From Octopus sinensis (Eukaryota): 64,000 nucleotides of DNA. Where the stretch lies: assembly GCF_006345805.1 (NCBI RefSeq), contig NC_043001.1, positions 80,910,001-80,974,000 of the forward strand, given 5' to 3'. Below the pieces are notes generated by a model. It was not told where the DNA came from and ran no database searches. It was given only the letters and a program-made list of their open reading frames with translations. Shown here piece by piece: positions 1 through 11,329 of this stretch. Both the position numbers and the translations under genes were made by a program. Each line of letters starts with the position of its first letter. Positions within the stretch are counted from its first letter, which is position 1.

Positions 1-137
1 GAGGGGCTGGCATTAGGAAGAGCATTCAGCTGTAGAAACCATGCCAAATCAGATTAGAGTCTGGTGCAGCCCCTCAGCTTACCAGCCCTGGTCAAACCAT
101 TCAACCCATGCCGTGGACAACAAATGCTGATGATGAT
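1..137 (+). mobile_element. RTE-like 3' tail of a SINE/LINE (cut by window edge)
   Basis: GGCATTAGGAAGAGCATTCAGCTGTAGAAACCATGCC...AACCCATGCC...GATGATGAT. Confidence 0.65.
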
Positions 138-158
138 ATATATATGTATGTGTGTATA

Positions 159-405
159 GGGGAGAATTCACACACAAAAAAAAACAAAAGATGAAGACGG
201 GTGGTGTACACAACAAACAGATGTATTAGTTTAACGCTCAGGAAGTGAAAACGTCTTTAACATTTCGAGCCTACGCTCTTCCACAGAAAGGAACACAGAA
301 AGAAACAAGGAGAGAAAATAAAGAATGTGTAGTGGCTAGTGATCTATCATGGCGAATGCTGGACAGAGGGGTCACACAGGAGAGCTAGGAAGAAGGGGAG
401 ATAAT
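159..405 (-). mobile_element. Penelope-like element terminal fragment
   Basis: Minus strand CTGTGGAAGAGCGTAGGCTCGAAATG (261-286), a hammerhead-like pseudo-LTR motif. A homologous copy lies at 12247-12455. Confidence 0.5.
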
Positions 406-749
406 AATGTAATGGTGATCCCAAAATGAAGGTGCGCGTGTGTGTGTATAAGAGAGGATGTATGTGCTTGTGGAAGAGGGCTGGTGACCTTGACGTGTGT
501 GTGTGTATATGTATGTACATATAGCTATGTGGTTAAGAGGTTTGCTTCTCATTCATGTAGTTACTGGTTCAATTACACTGCCTGGTATCTTGGACAAATG
601 TCTTCTAACATAGCTCCTGGTTGACCATCGCCTTGTAAGTGGAGTTGATAAATGGAAACTAAAATAGGCCTGTCATATTAATACTTTTATTATAGAATAT
701 GTATTTTAAATCATCCTCATTACCACCACCATCATTGTCATTAGCATCC

Positions 750-968
750 AGGCAGTGATTTTTCCAGAATCATTAGTCTGCCACACAAAAGTACTTAATG
801 CTATTTCTTCCAGCTTCATGTTCTAAGTTCAAATGTCACTCAAGTCAATTTTGCTTTTCATCCTTTCAAGGTCAATAAAACAAGTACCAGTTGAACTCTT
901 GGGGGGTCAATGTAATTAACTATTCGTGCCTCTCAAAATTGCTGGTTTTGTGCCAAAAATGAAAAAGA
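750..968 (+). mobile_element. SINE copy (same family; another at ~1340-1535)
   Basis: GTTCTAAGTTCAAAT...TTGCTTTTCATCCTTTCAAGGTCAATAAAACAAGTACCAG. Confidence 0.7.
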
Positions 969-2191
969 ATTTTTTTTATTGAAATTATTAAGCAGGTACA
1001 GTAAAATTTAGTACCAGTCATATGCTGAGATATTTCTCATTGTTGCTTTAAAACCCTTGCCCTATTGTTTTGAATCTGAAACTTATTCAGATCAACCTAG
1101 CTTTTTAGTGATCCTGTTATCAATAAACTATTAGAAAATTTTGTATGATTGTGTGTGTGTATACATACATACAGATAAATCCCCCCCCCTACACATACGT
1201 GCACATACACGCACACACAATTATTCTTTCACAAGTATAGTGTTGACAGTGACTGAAGTTTCAGTGTAATTAGCCTTCATTAGACTGTCCGATAAATATA
1301 TTCCCTATATTAAGTATTGAGTAATTCTTTAGTTTAATGTAATGTAAAATTATTTTGTGGCATTTCATCTGTCTTTGTGGTCTGAGTTCAAATTTCACCA
1401 AGGTCATCTTTGCCTTTCATCCTTTCAAAGGTCAATGAAATAAGTATCAGTTAAGCCATGGGGCTGTAATTGACTAGCCCATTCTCTCTCCCTGCCAAAT
1501 TTCAGGCCTTTGTCTATTGTACAGGAGATTATAAAATTAAACACACATACATACAGACCCAGCATAGCTGAAATATCTTCTGGAAAGGTGATAGCCCAGT
1601 GCTAGTTTTATATCAACAAAAACTGTTGTAGTTGATGTAACATACTTTTGGAATGCTGTGCTGGGAAATCACTTTATACACAAGCTGTGATTCTCATTTT
1701 GATCATGTGACACTTGACTCTATTCACTTTCTTTATCATCTCCCCTTCTTGTTCTCTCTCTTGTTCTCTCTCCCCTCCTCTTATAAGATTAACTGCGGTG
1801 ATGGTGATGATAATAGTAGTAGTGGTGGTGGTGGTTATTGTCGTGTGATAGGTGTACTTTTAAGATAGCCATCAGCATTTCTACTACTGTCATCCTGTAG
1901 TACTTTTAGCATCTCTTTGTCATCACCACAATGACTTTTATGTTACCATTGGCATCCTTCATCATCAACAGCAGCATAATGATCATCATCCACACCATTA
2001 CCATTGTTGACCATAATCTTAACTTGTGGTTACCATTATCAGAATAGTTGCATTCTGATCAGCATCAACACCACCATCATCATCACAATTGTTATCACCA
2101 TTATTACAATTGTCATCATCATTGTCATTGTCATAACAACCACCCTAGTCATTTTCATCACAATTGCCACCATCATCATCATGGTGGACTA

Positions 2192-2347
2192 GAGGCGCAG
2201 GCATGGCCGTGTGGTAAGAAACCGGCTTCCCAATCACATGATTCTGAGTTCAGTCCCACTGCATAGCACCTTGGCAAAATGTCTTATACTATAACCTTGG
2301 GTCAACCAGAACCTTGTAAGTGGATTTGGTTGACAGAAAGTGAAAGA
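2192..2347 (+). mobile_element. tRNA-headed CORE-type SINE (octopus OR-like)
   Basis: GAGGCGCAGGCATGGCCGTGTGGTAAG (A box), GAGTTCAGTCCC (B box), then CACCTTGG-CAAAATGTCTT (CORE-like). Other copies at ~520-670, 6020-6210, 7400-7530, 20530-20690, 44370-44500, 45375-45520, 50650-50770, 60132-60270 (+) and 23560-23660, 27845-28000, 44000-44155, 51320-51465 (-). Confidence 0.8.
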
Positions 2348-2374
2348 CATCTCTTTGCTTTCAATCATATATAT

Positions 2375-2563
2375 ATGAGTGAGTAGACAAATGAAAGAAG
2401 TGCACTCAACACATTTATTGGGAGTTATATGTATAAATCAAACAGTTTGATTCAGACTCCTTGAGTTTCGAGCATGTGGCTAGTCTTCAGACCCTAATGG
2501 CCAAAGACTAGTCACACACTTGAAACTCAGAGTACTGAGGAATCTGAATCAAACTGTTTTGAT
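2375..2563 (-). mobile_element. Penelope-like terminus with inverted duplication (foldback)
   Basis: Minus strand CTGAAGACTAGCCACATGCTCGAAAC (2465-2490) followed by AATAAA (2414-2419). Arms 2437-2487 and 2504-2563 are inverted copies. Confidence 0.55.
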
Positions 2564-2582
2564 ATATATATATACATACATA

Positions 2583-3445
2583 CAGGGTGCAATGGCTAAA
2601 TTGTCACTATTTTATATTTTTTATTTCGTGCATGCCCATTGTTTTTGTTGACTACACAGTATAGTAGGATCAGTTGGGCACCATCTGTGAGAAAAACAGC
2701 ACCATGATGCAATTCACTCTGCCAGAAATTTGGAAACAACATGCTGTACTACTTGGCATTCATGCCAAAAGCTCCAATATGAACATTTTAGGGTGTCTGG
2801 GTGTCAATCTGAGGGCAGTACAATCTGATGACATGTACTGAGAGTGATAAAAATCAAACATCCAGTCAACATCATGGTGTTAGGAGTGATCAGTAGTGAT
2901 GGCAGCGCTATGCTTCCATCTTCCCACATGGTCTCAGACTCGACACAGAGGCCTACATCAAGTGCCTGGAGGAGGTAGTGCTGCCCTGGGTCAAGGGGTG
3001 GCTGCTGGAAGACCCTATCTCTGGCAACAGGACTCTGCACCATGCCACACAAGCTGAGGAACACAGTCATGGCTGTCAGACAATTTTTGTGACCAACCCC
3101 AACATTTGGCCACCTATCTCCTCAGACTGTAACCCGCTTGATTATTATGTGTAGGTCACAGTTGAGTGAGAGACCAACGAAACTCCTTGTAGCACCAAAG
3201 ATGAACTGAAGGCAAGGATCATGGCAGCATTTACCAACTTAAACAAGGAGGCCATCCAGAAGAGTTGCAGGAGATTCCAAAGTCGCCCAGAGGCCATGGT
3301 TGAAGCCATTGGTGAATTTATTGAATAAATTTACTCTTTAGTATTTCAAGATATTTTTATGTAATTTTGGTAAATATATCTGTTAAAATGAGATGTTATT
3401 TTCATTTTTGCATAATTTAGACAACAGTTTATTCACCACACCCTG
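2583..3445 (+). mobile_element. Internally deleted Tc1/mariner transposon (likely DD37D/maT-type)
   Basis: TA-CAGGGTG...CACCCTG-TA imperfect TIRs with TA target duplication. Decayed transposase: HPVNIMVLGVISSDG...YIKCLEEVVLPW...WQQDSAPCHT...IWPPISSDCNPLDYYV...CRRFQSRPEAMVEAIGEFIE*. Confidence 0.88.
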
Positions 3446-3957
3446 TATATATATGTATGTACATGTGTCTTTGTGTTTGTCCCCCACCACTGTTCAACAA
3501 CTAGTCTTGGTGTATTTATGTTCCCATAATTTAGCAGTTCATCAAAAGAGACCGATTAAATAAGTACCAGCCTTAAAATATAAGTTCTGAGGTTGATTCA
3601 TTTGACTAAAACATTTTACAAGGTGGTGTCACAGCATGGCCATAGTCTAATGACTGAAACATGTAAAAGATAAAACAGCATTACTATAGTCTTATGTGTT
3701 ACATCCAGAGATTTTCTTGTATGCAATAACACCTAGACATACAATAACCCCACCACTATTACATGTACTTACCACATAAACCCTACACATGTTAAGAGAA
3801 TGGTCAGCTGGTAAATTGGGGTACTCGAGGTTATATGTGAGTACCTCGCGACTCCCAGCAGTCTTACCAATCCACTCACACAACTAAACTGTCCTTTTTT
3901 TTATCTGGTGCTAAAGCTCGTATGGTTGAATGACAGTGAGTGAACACATAACAATTA

Positions 3958-4347
3958 GGGGCCTTAATGAATGTGCAAGGTGTTTAATGGGCATTTGGGG
4001 CCATAATGTCATGTATGGGCTTTAATGGGCATGTTGAGGCTTTAATGGGTACAGATAGGGTTTTAATGGGTTTGACAGAAATACTGGGTCTTTAAAGGGC
4101 ATGTAGAGCCCTTAATCTGCATGTAGGAACTTTATTGGACATGTGAGGGCTTTAATGGATATGGGGAGACTTTAATGGGTATGTGGAGCTTTCAATGGAC
4201 ATGCAGAATTTTAATGGGTTTGTGAAGACATTGAAAAAATGCTGGAACTTTAAGGGGTATATGGAGACCTTAACTGGGATGTAGGGACTTCAGTGGACTT
4301 GTAGGAAATTTATTGAACATGCTGGGGATCTTAATAACCATGTGGGT
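3958..4347. repeat. Degenerate 20-bp minisatellite, ~19 units
   Basis: Consensus approximately TTTAATGGGCATGTGGAGGC; TTAATGG recurs at ~20-nt spacing. Confidence 0.8.
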
Positions 4348-4957
4348 ACACATGCACTTTTATGTGCATGTTTACCAAGAAGTCAACTTGTCCATCAAAG
4401 TAACTATCCAGGTCTGCATGGAGGCTACGAATGGTACAAGGAATTAAAAAGAATTAAAGCTGTTGGCTTTCTGTTACACAAATGACCTTACCATATACAT
4501 GATCCTCCTCTTCACCATTTTAGGTCAATTTTCCATGCTGTTAAGGGTTGGATAGTTTGAAAGGATCTGGTGAACCATAGATTGGCATCAGTGCCTAAGT
4601 GCTTATGTATGAGTATATGTGGTTGGTATATTTATTATAAAATTTATGTTGGCTCAGGCTTTAGATTATACTTGGTAGCTTAAAATAAATGAATTGTCAA
4701 CCAAATCTTAAAGTTGCAGACAGCAAGTGTTTCATAATAAATTTTACTCCGCTCCCAGTATGGAGCCCACCCACCAGTTATCTGTTGTTGTTGTTCTTAA
4801 ACTTGCTTCAAAATAATAACACCACTTCTTCCCTCTCTTTCTCTGTGTGTGTGTGTATTTATAATGTTTGTGTATGTGCACATACACTACCATTCCTAAC
4901 ACTTAGCGCAAGTATTACTTTTTACTTCATAGTCCATACTATACTCTCATTTTGTGA

Positions 4958-4999
<42 letters not shown>

Positions 5000-6266
5000 G
5001 TGTGTGTGCACATATATATGCCAATGTCTATTTTTGTATGTGTATATGTATGCTTTTATATATATGTGCATGCATGTGTGTTTATACACATACAAGTATA
5101 CATACATGCACATAATACAGCCATGCCTTGAAGAACATTTCATGAACAGTAACACTTAGTGAAGCAATAGTGAAGTCTTAGATTTTGAACAAAGATGTGA
5201 ATTTGATTGTGTATATATCGATTTCTCTTTTCTTTTGTTTGTTCAGTCAGGTTCATGTATAAATACACTCACACGCATACATATTCATGTATAGATACCT
5301 ACACATAATCATGTACATATATATGTGTGTATATATATATATATGTGTGTATGTGTATACATACATACACTCACACACACAGAGACACACATATTTGTTT
5401 ATATGCATGCACACACATTCATGTATAAATACAGGCACATGTATTCATATGTAAATACCTGTACACATATGTATATGTGATTACATGTATATATATTCAC
5501 ACCACACATTCCCCCACCATCATCATCACCACCATTGAAATTTGGTGCAGCCTTTACTGTTAAATTACATGGAGTGGCAGTTATAAATCCAGTTTTTCAA
5601 ATTGTTGTTTTATTTTACAAGACATCACTATATTATTGTACTGCTATTTTCGTGTTTATTGTTCTTCACAATATTTTCTTATATTAGCATGTTACTCTAG
5701 CAATACTTCCATACTTCTTAATTCTAATCCAGCTAGTATTGGCTTTGTCAAGATTTTTACATATTTTGTGTAAGAAATAAGAATGGTAATTTATGCAGGA
5801 ATAAATTAATAGTAGACATTATTTGCCAGAAATCTGACACCAAATGAATTTCCAAATCCAGTCTTTGATGATAGAAGAATTTGAATATTAACAACAGTAA
5901 TAATCTTTTTCAGTAGCATGTGGTTCTAAATTCATTAAGGGAAATCAATAGTTAATTAGCTCAACTCAATATACGTCTGGTATTTTTTCTCTTCTATATT
6001 GTTTAGATTAAGAAACTCATTATAGGCACAGGCATAGCTGTGTAGTTAAAAAGTTCATTATTGATGCAAGCATGGCTTGTGGTTATGGAGTTTGCTCCCC
6101 AGCACATGGTTTTGTGTTCAGTCTCAATACATGACACCTTGGGCAGATGTCTTCTATTTTATTTCAGGGGCTAAGCAAACTCTTCTGCCTCGACAGAAAC
6201 TGAAAGCAGCCTGATGTATATTCATGTACATGTATACACACACACACACATGGAGATTATATATAT

Positions 6267-6578
6267 TGTTTGTTTGTTCCTTCTCGAGCCATGCATGGCT
6301 CATAAGGGCCGGTTTCCCAGTTTCCTTGGCGTATAGGACGAGACGCCTGTCCGTTGCAGGTGAGCTGCAAGATGCAGGTGAGCTGCAAGATGCAGGAGGA
6401 AAGAGTGAGAGAAAGTTGTGGTGAAAGAGTCAGCAGAAGTTTGCCATCTCCTTCTGCTGGAGCTGCGTGGAGCTTAGGTGTTTAACTCATAAACACACTC
6501 ATCGCCCGGTCTGAGATTTGAATCCACGATCTCTCAACTGCGAGTCCACTGCTCTAACCACTTGGCCATGTGCCTCCA
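6267..6578 (-). mobile_element. tRNA-derived SINE, distinct family, (AAAC)n tail
   Basis: Minus-strand head TGGAGGCACATGGCCAAGTGGTTAGAGC...GGATTCAAATC; internal 18-bp duplication GCAGGTGAGCTGCAAGAT x2. Confidence 0.75.
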
Positions 6579-6983
6579 TATATATATATATATATAATCA
6601 AGATCCAATGCAAGGAAAATACGAACCTCTTATAGGAATGAAAACAGCCAATTTTTTACTGGCTCAACTGTTTGAGATATATATATATATATATATATAT
6701 ATACTTACATACACACCCATACATACGCCTATACGTACATGTGTGTGTTTGTAGTCTCTTTGTTTTAACATCACATAATGGTTATAAATAAGCATCACTA
6801 TCCCATGAGTGGTGTACTTAATTTGCAATAGTCTTTTAAAAACTTGTTCAGATGTGGAGGAAACATTGCTTTTCTAAAAAAACAGGTTCAAGCTGAAGGT
6901 TGATGAGAAGGACATCCATCTATAGAAAATCTATCTCCACATGTTCCATCTCACCCATATACACATGGAAGAGTGAACTTTAA

Positions 6984-7197
6984 CATTTAAACTGGCCATA
7001 TTTGGCCTAAGTATTCTATGTGTTTTATTATGTTCAAACCAGCCAGATTCAGCCTCTAACACCTACCCTACAATGTCATTTTATAAATAAATAGTCACAT
7101 CATCAAAATCTAACGCTATGAAATAATGTATGATTGATTTAAAACAATGTGAATAAGTAAACATTACTTTTGACATAGTAATTTGAATGCTAATGGA
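6984..7197 (+). mobile_element. Third TTAA MITE family (…AGCATTTAAACTGGCCATAT…GAATGCTAAAGGG)
   Basis: Flanked by TTAA. Homologous copies at 30507-30720 (-), ~57470-57575 (+, partial) and ~59545-59730 (-). Confidence 0.65.
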
Positions 7198-7214
7198 TTA
7201 AAACAGTGATGGTT

Positions 7215-7385
7215 GTTTGTGGTGGTGGACCAAATTCCAAAGTTCAAGAAAGAATGAACAAGCAGAATATGATATAGAATCAAAGAAGAAGAAGGACAAC
7301 AACAATTACTAAAAGGCTAAGGAACTTAAAGAAATTTGCCTCGGAGACTTTTGAAGTGTGCCTAGATGTGCTTCTTTGCAGTTTA
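7215..7385 (+). mobile_element. Ancient CR1-like ORF2 3' remnant
   Basis: ITKRLRNLKKFASETFEVCLDVLLCSL aligns loosely with LPKCLRDLHGVDVGFFKTKLDLFLSGV of the LINE at ~37520-37600. Confidence 0.3.
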
Positions 7386-7399
7386 GCTAATAGCAAAGA

Positions 7400-7770
7400 A
7401 ATAGGGTCTTGAGTTCCCAATCATATGGTCTTCAGTTCAGTCCCACTGTGTGCCACTCTTACTGGGCCTCTTACTACAATGCTAAGCTGACCACCAAAGT
7501 ATTGTGAGTACATTTAGTAAATGGAAACTCTGTGTATGTGTGTGTGCGTGCTATTGTCTATCTGTCCCTGCTCATACATGACAGTCTTCGATTGTTTACA
7601 TCTGTCTGTAATGCAGCAGTTTGGCTTAGTGGAGTGACAGAATTAGAAGAATAAGTACCAGATTTTACAAAAAAATAAGTATTGCGATTGATTTGTTCAA
7701 CTAAACCTTTCAAGGTGGTGCCCAAGCATGGCCGCAGTCCAATGACTGAAACAAAGTAAAAGATAAATGA
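7400..7770 (+). mobile_element. CORE-type SINE with CR1-like 3' tail
   Basis: Head/CORE, then (TG)n, then ...AATAAGTACCAG...AAGGTGGTGCCCAAGCATGGCCGCAGTCCAATGACTGAAACAAAGTAAAAG. Confidence 0.7.
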
Positions 7771-7822
7771 TAAAGCCGGCTCTTCAACATTGCCTTAGTC
7801 ATATCGTTAAAACAAAGAATAA

Positions 7823-7862
<40 letters not shown>

Positions 7863-8271
7863 TATATATCTCTGTTTCTCTCTTTCCCTCTCTCTGCTTT
7901 TGTGTTTGTGTATGTTTTTGCATATATCTGCATGTGTGACTGCACATGGCATGTCTATACATGTGGCTGTGTGTGTTAGTGTCCTAGACAGACGTACATG
8001 TTCCTTTAATGTTAGGCCCACCCATTCCTGCTGTCTCCTGCTCTTCCCACTACCCCTACCCGGTCCTCCTGTTCCCTGCTCCATACCGGCAAACACAAAT
8101 AAGACCCTAATTCCAAAGAATGTTCTGCCTTTCCAGCTAAGTTATTACAGCTTAAAGCAGGCGCAGTATTGCATGTTCGATGAAACGGAACCAATTGCGT
8201 GAGGAGTGAAAGAGGAGGGAAGAGGTAAAGGGAGGTGAAAATATAGAGAACTGGGAGTGGGTGGAAGAGAG

Positions 8272-8309
<38 letters not shown>

Positions 8310-9171
8310 GATGATTGTTTTTTTATCCTTAATGGGGAAGGAGAAGCAAGGAGAGAGATTGAGAATTCTCTGTAAGGAAAAGAAGCTAGAACATCATAAT
8401 AATAATGATGGTGGTGGTGGTGGAGGTTTGTTTTCTTTTTTCATTGGCATGAGACTTTGGATTCATAAATAGGTTTGGGGTGGCGTTGGGATGGCATATT
8501 GGTCATCATCAGCATCATCATCATCATCATTGCCGGAAACAATAATAACAGCAGCAACTGAAGGATGAAGACTAAATCCTTATTTCTTTTCCATGATTTA
8601 TAGACTTGAGCAAGTTCCTCTGATTTGAAGTATTTTGACAGCAGCTCTGCACCAAATTTCATGCTTGGTTATAAATATGCACGCACGCACGCGCACGCGT
8701 GTGTGTATGCTTGTATGAATGTATGCATGTGGGTTTATGTGTGTGTATATAAATAAATGGAATAACATTACTAATGATAATAATAATAGCAATAATCATG
8801 TTGATAATAGTGGTGTTGATAATGATAGTAATGAAAGAGATACTACTACTAATAATAATAATCCAATAAAAGAAATTTAAAACATATAAATAGCTGTGAC
8901 TAACAACATATTAATTTGTTAGGATGGGTGTAGATGGTGGTGGTGGTGGTGGTCGGTGATAAGTGCAATGAATAAGAAATAAATCCCCTTAAGTCTTTGT
9001 GGCTATCATCATCATCATCGTTGTCATTAGCTCCTGTTCTTGTATGCATGCATTAAAAATTTTTTTTTTTTTAGTTTTATGCAATGACTTATCTTTCTTA
9101 ATTACTGCTCAGACAAACTGTTAGGAAAACCTCACTGTATGTTGTTATTATTATTATCATTATTATTATTA

Positions 9172-9212
<41 letters not shown>

Positions 9213-9214
<2 letters not shown>

Positions 9215-10380
9215 GATGGTGAGCTGGCTAAGTCATTAGCACACAGGCTAAATGCTTAGTTGCATTTCATCCTTCTTTATAGTCTGTGTTCAAATTCTGC
9301 CATGCTTTACTTTACCTCTCATCCTTTCAGGCGGCAAGCTGGCAGAATAATTAGCACGCTGAATGAAATGCTTGGCGGTATTTTGCTCATGGCTATGTTC
9401 CAAGTTCAAATTCCGCTGAGGTCAACTTTGCTTTTCATTCTTTCTGGGTTGATAAATCAAGTACCAGTGAAACGCTGGGGGTCAATGTAATTGGCAGTCC
9501 CCTTCCCCAAAATTTCAGGCCTTGTGCCTTTAGTAGAAAGGATTGATGTTATTATTATTATTATTATTATTATTATCATTATTATGAAGGCAGTTTGCTG
9601 GCAGAATTGTCAGCACACTAGGCAAAATGCTTAGCAGCATTTCATCCATCTGCATGTTCTGAGTTCCAATTCTGCTGAGGTCATCTTTGCCTTTCATCCT
9701 TTCAGGGTTGATAAATTAAGTACCAGTGAAACACTGGGGTTAATGTAATCTACTAGTCCCCTCCCACAAAATTTCAGGCCTTGTGCCTTTAGTAGTAAAG
9801 ATTATTATTATTATTTTAAGGCAGTCTGCTGGCAGAATCGTTATCATGCCATGTAAAATGCTTAGCAGTATTCCTCATCTATTTATGCCCAGAGTTCAAA
9901 TTCTGTTCAGGTTGACTTTGCCTGTCATCCTTTTGGGGTTGATAGAATAAGTACCAGTTAAGCACTGGGATCAATGTAATCAACTAGCCTCCCACTACCA
10001 TAAATTTTCAGACCTTGTGCCTATAACAGAAAGGATTATTATTATTAAGGTGGCGAGCTGGCAGAATCATTAGTGTACCGGATTAAAATACTTAGCAGTA
10101 TTTTGTCCATTGCTACACTCTGAGTCAAAATTCCACCAAGGTCGACTTTGCCTTTCATCCTTTCAGGGTCAATAAATTAAGTACCAGTGAAACATTAGGG
10201 TTGATGTAAATGACTTATCCCCTCCCCCCAAAAATTGCTGCCATTGTGGCAAAATTTGAAATTATTATTATTAGGCGGCAAGCTAGCAGAATTGTTAGCA
10301 CAGCAGCCAAAATACTTTGCAGCTTTTCTTCCCACCCCATAAAATATCAGACCTTGTGCCTATAGGAGAAAAGATTATTC
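9213..10380 (+). mobile_element. Head-to-tail array of ~6 copies of a ~220-bp tRNA-derived SINE separated by (ATT)n
   Basis: Unit GGCGGCGAGCTGGCAGAAT...GAGTTCAAATTC...GTCGACTTTGCCTTTCATCCTTTCGGGGTCGATAAAATAAGTACCAG...TTGTGCC..AGTAGAAAGGATTATT. Starts at ~9215, 9330, 9587, 9818, 10047, 10274. Confidence 0.85.
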
Positions 10381-10686
10381 ATCATCACCATCATCATCAT
10401 AGCAATAATAAGCAATACTCTATAATAATAAGAGTGTGTTTGTGTCCGCTGGCATGTACAAAAAAAATATGTTATTGTGCAGCCAGAATGATGATTATTA
10501 ATAAAAGAAAGACAGAGTGGGGAAAAAAATAGAAGGGGCTTGGTCTTGGAATTTCTTTAATAACCTTCCCCTTGCCTCTAAGAATGGGACATTGTGGCAG
10601 TGGTGATGGTGGTGGTAGAGTGGTTTGAAAGAAATAAGCATAAAACTGGGTTGTAGCATGCATGTAAAAGGGAAAATAATAATAAT

Positions 10687-10721
<35 letters not shown>

Positions 10722-10854
10722 TAATAATATTCACAAATTGTTAATAAGATATTGGTGGTGAGATTGATTAAGCCAGTGTAAATTGTTTGTACATGTTTGA
10801 GGGTTATTCTGTTATGGGGCTTGAAATAACTATCACTAATAATAATGTCCTTGT

Positions 10855-11320
10855 TGGCAGAGGCATCGTTGTCATTGTCATCATCATCATCATTATTATT
10901 ACCATCATTGTCATCATCATCTCTACTGCCAGCGATTATCGTCATTGTTATCATTATCATTGCTGCCATCCTCCTCCCCATTATTACAATTACTATCATC
11001 ATCATCACCACCATTATCATCATCTTCATCACCATTATCATCATCACCACCACCATCATCACCATCACTACCACTACCACTGTCACCACCACCATCCCTA
11101 TCATCATCACTACCACCACCATCATTATCGTCACCACCACCATTATCAACATCACCACTACTACCATTATCATCAACACCATCATCACCACCACCACCAT
11201 TATCAATGTCCCCATCATCATCAACACCTTCCACCATTATCAATGTCACCATTATCATCAACACCTTCACTACCATTATCATCACCATCACTACCTACTA
11301 CTACTACTACTACTACCACC
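10855..11320. repeat. Cryptic (CAT/CAC/TAC)n trinucleotide low-complexity tract
   Basis: Open in most frames as poly-His/Thr/Ile/Ser. Similar tracts at 21850-22100, 28550-28860, 50200-50560, 55170-55960 and 62040-62350. Confidence 0.85.
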
Positions 11321-11329
11321 ACAAGCAAA

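Noticed and set aside
6490-6578. tRNA-like sequences with A/B boxes (also ~2192, ~23330-23406 and others)
   Set aside because: They run into SINE bodies and lack an intact cloverleaf; they are SINE heads, not tRNA genes.
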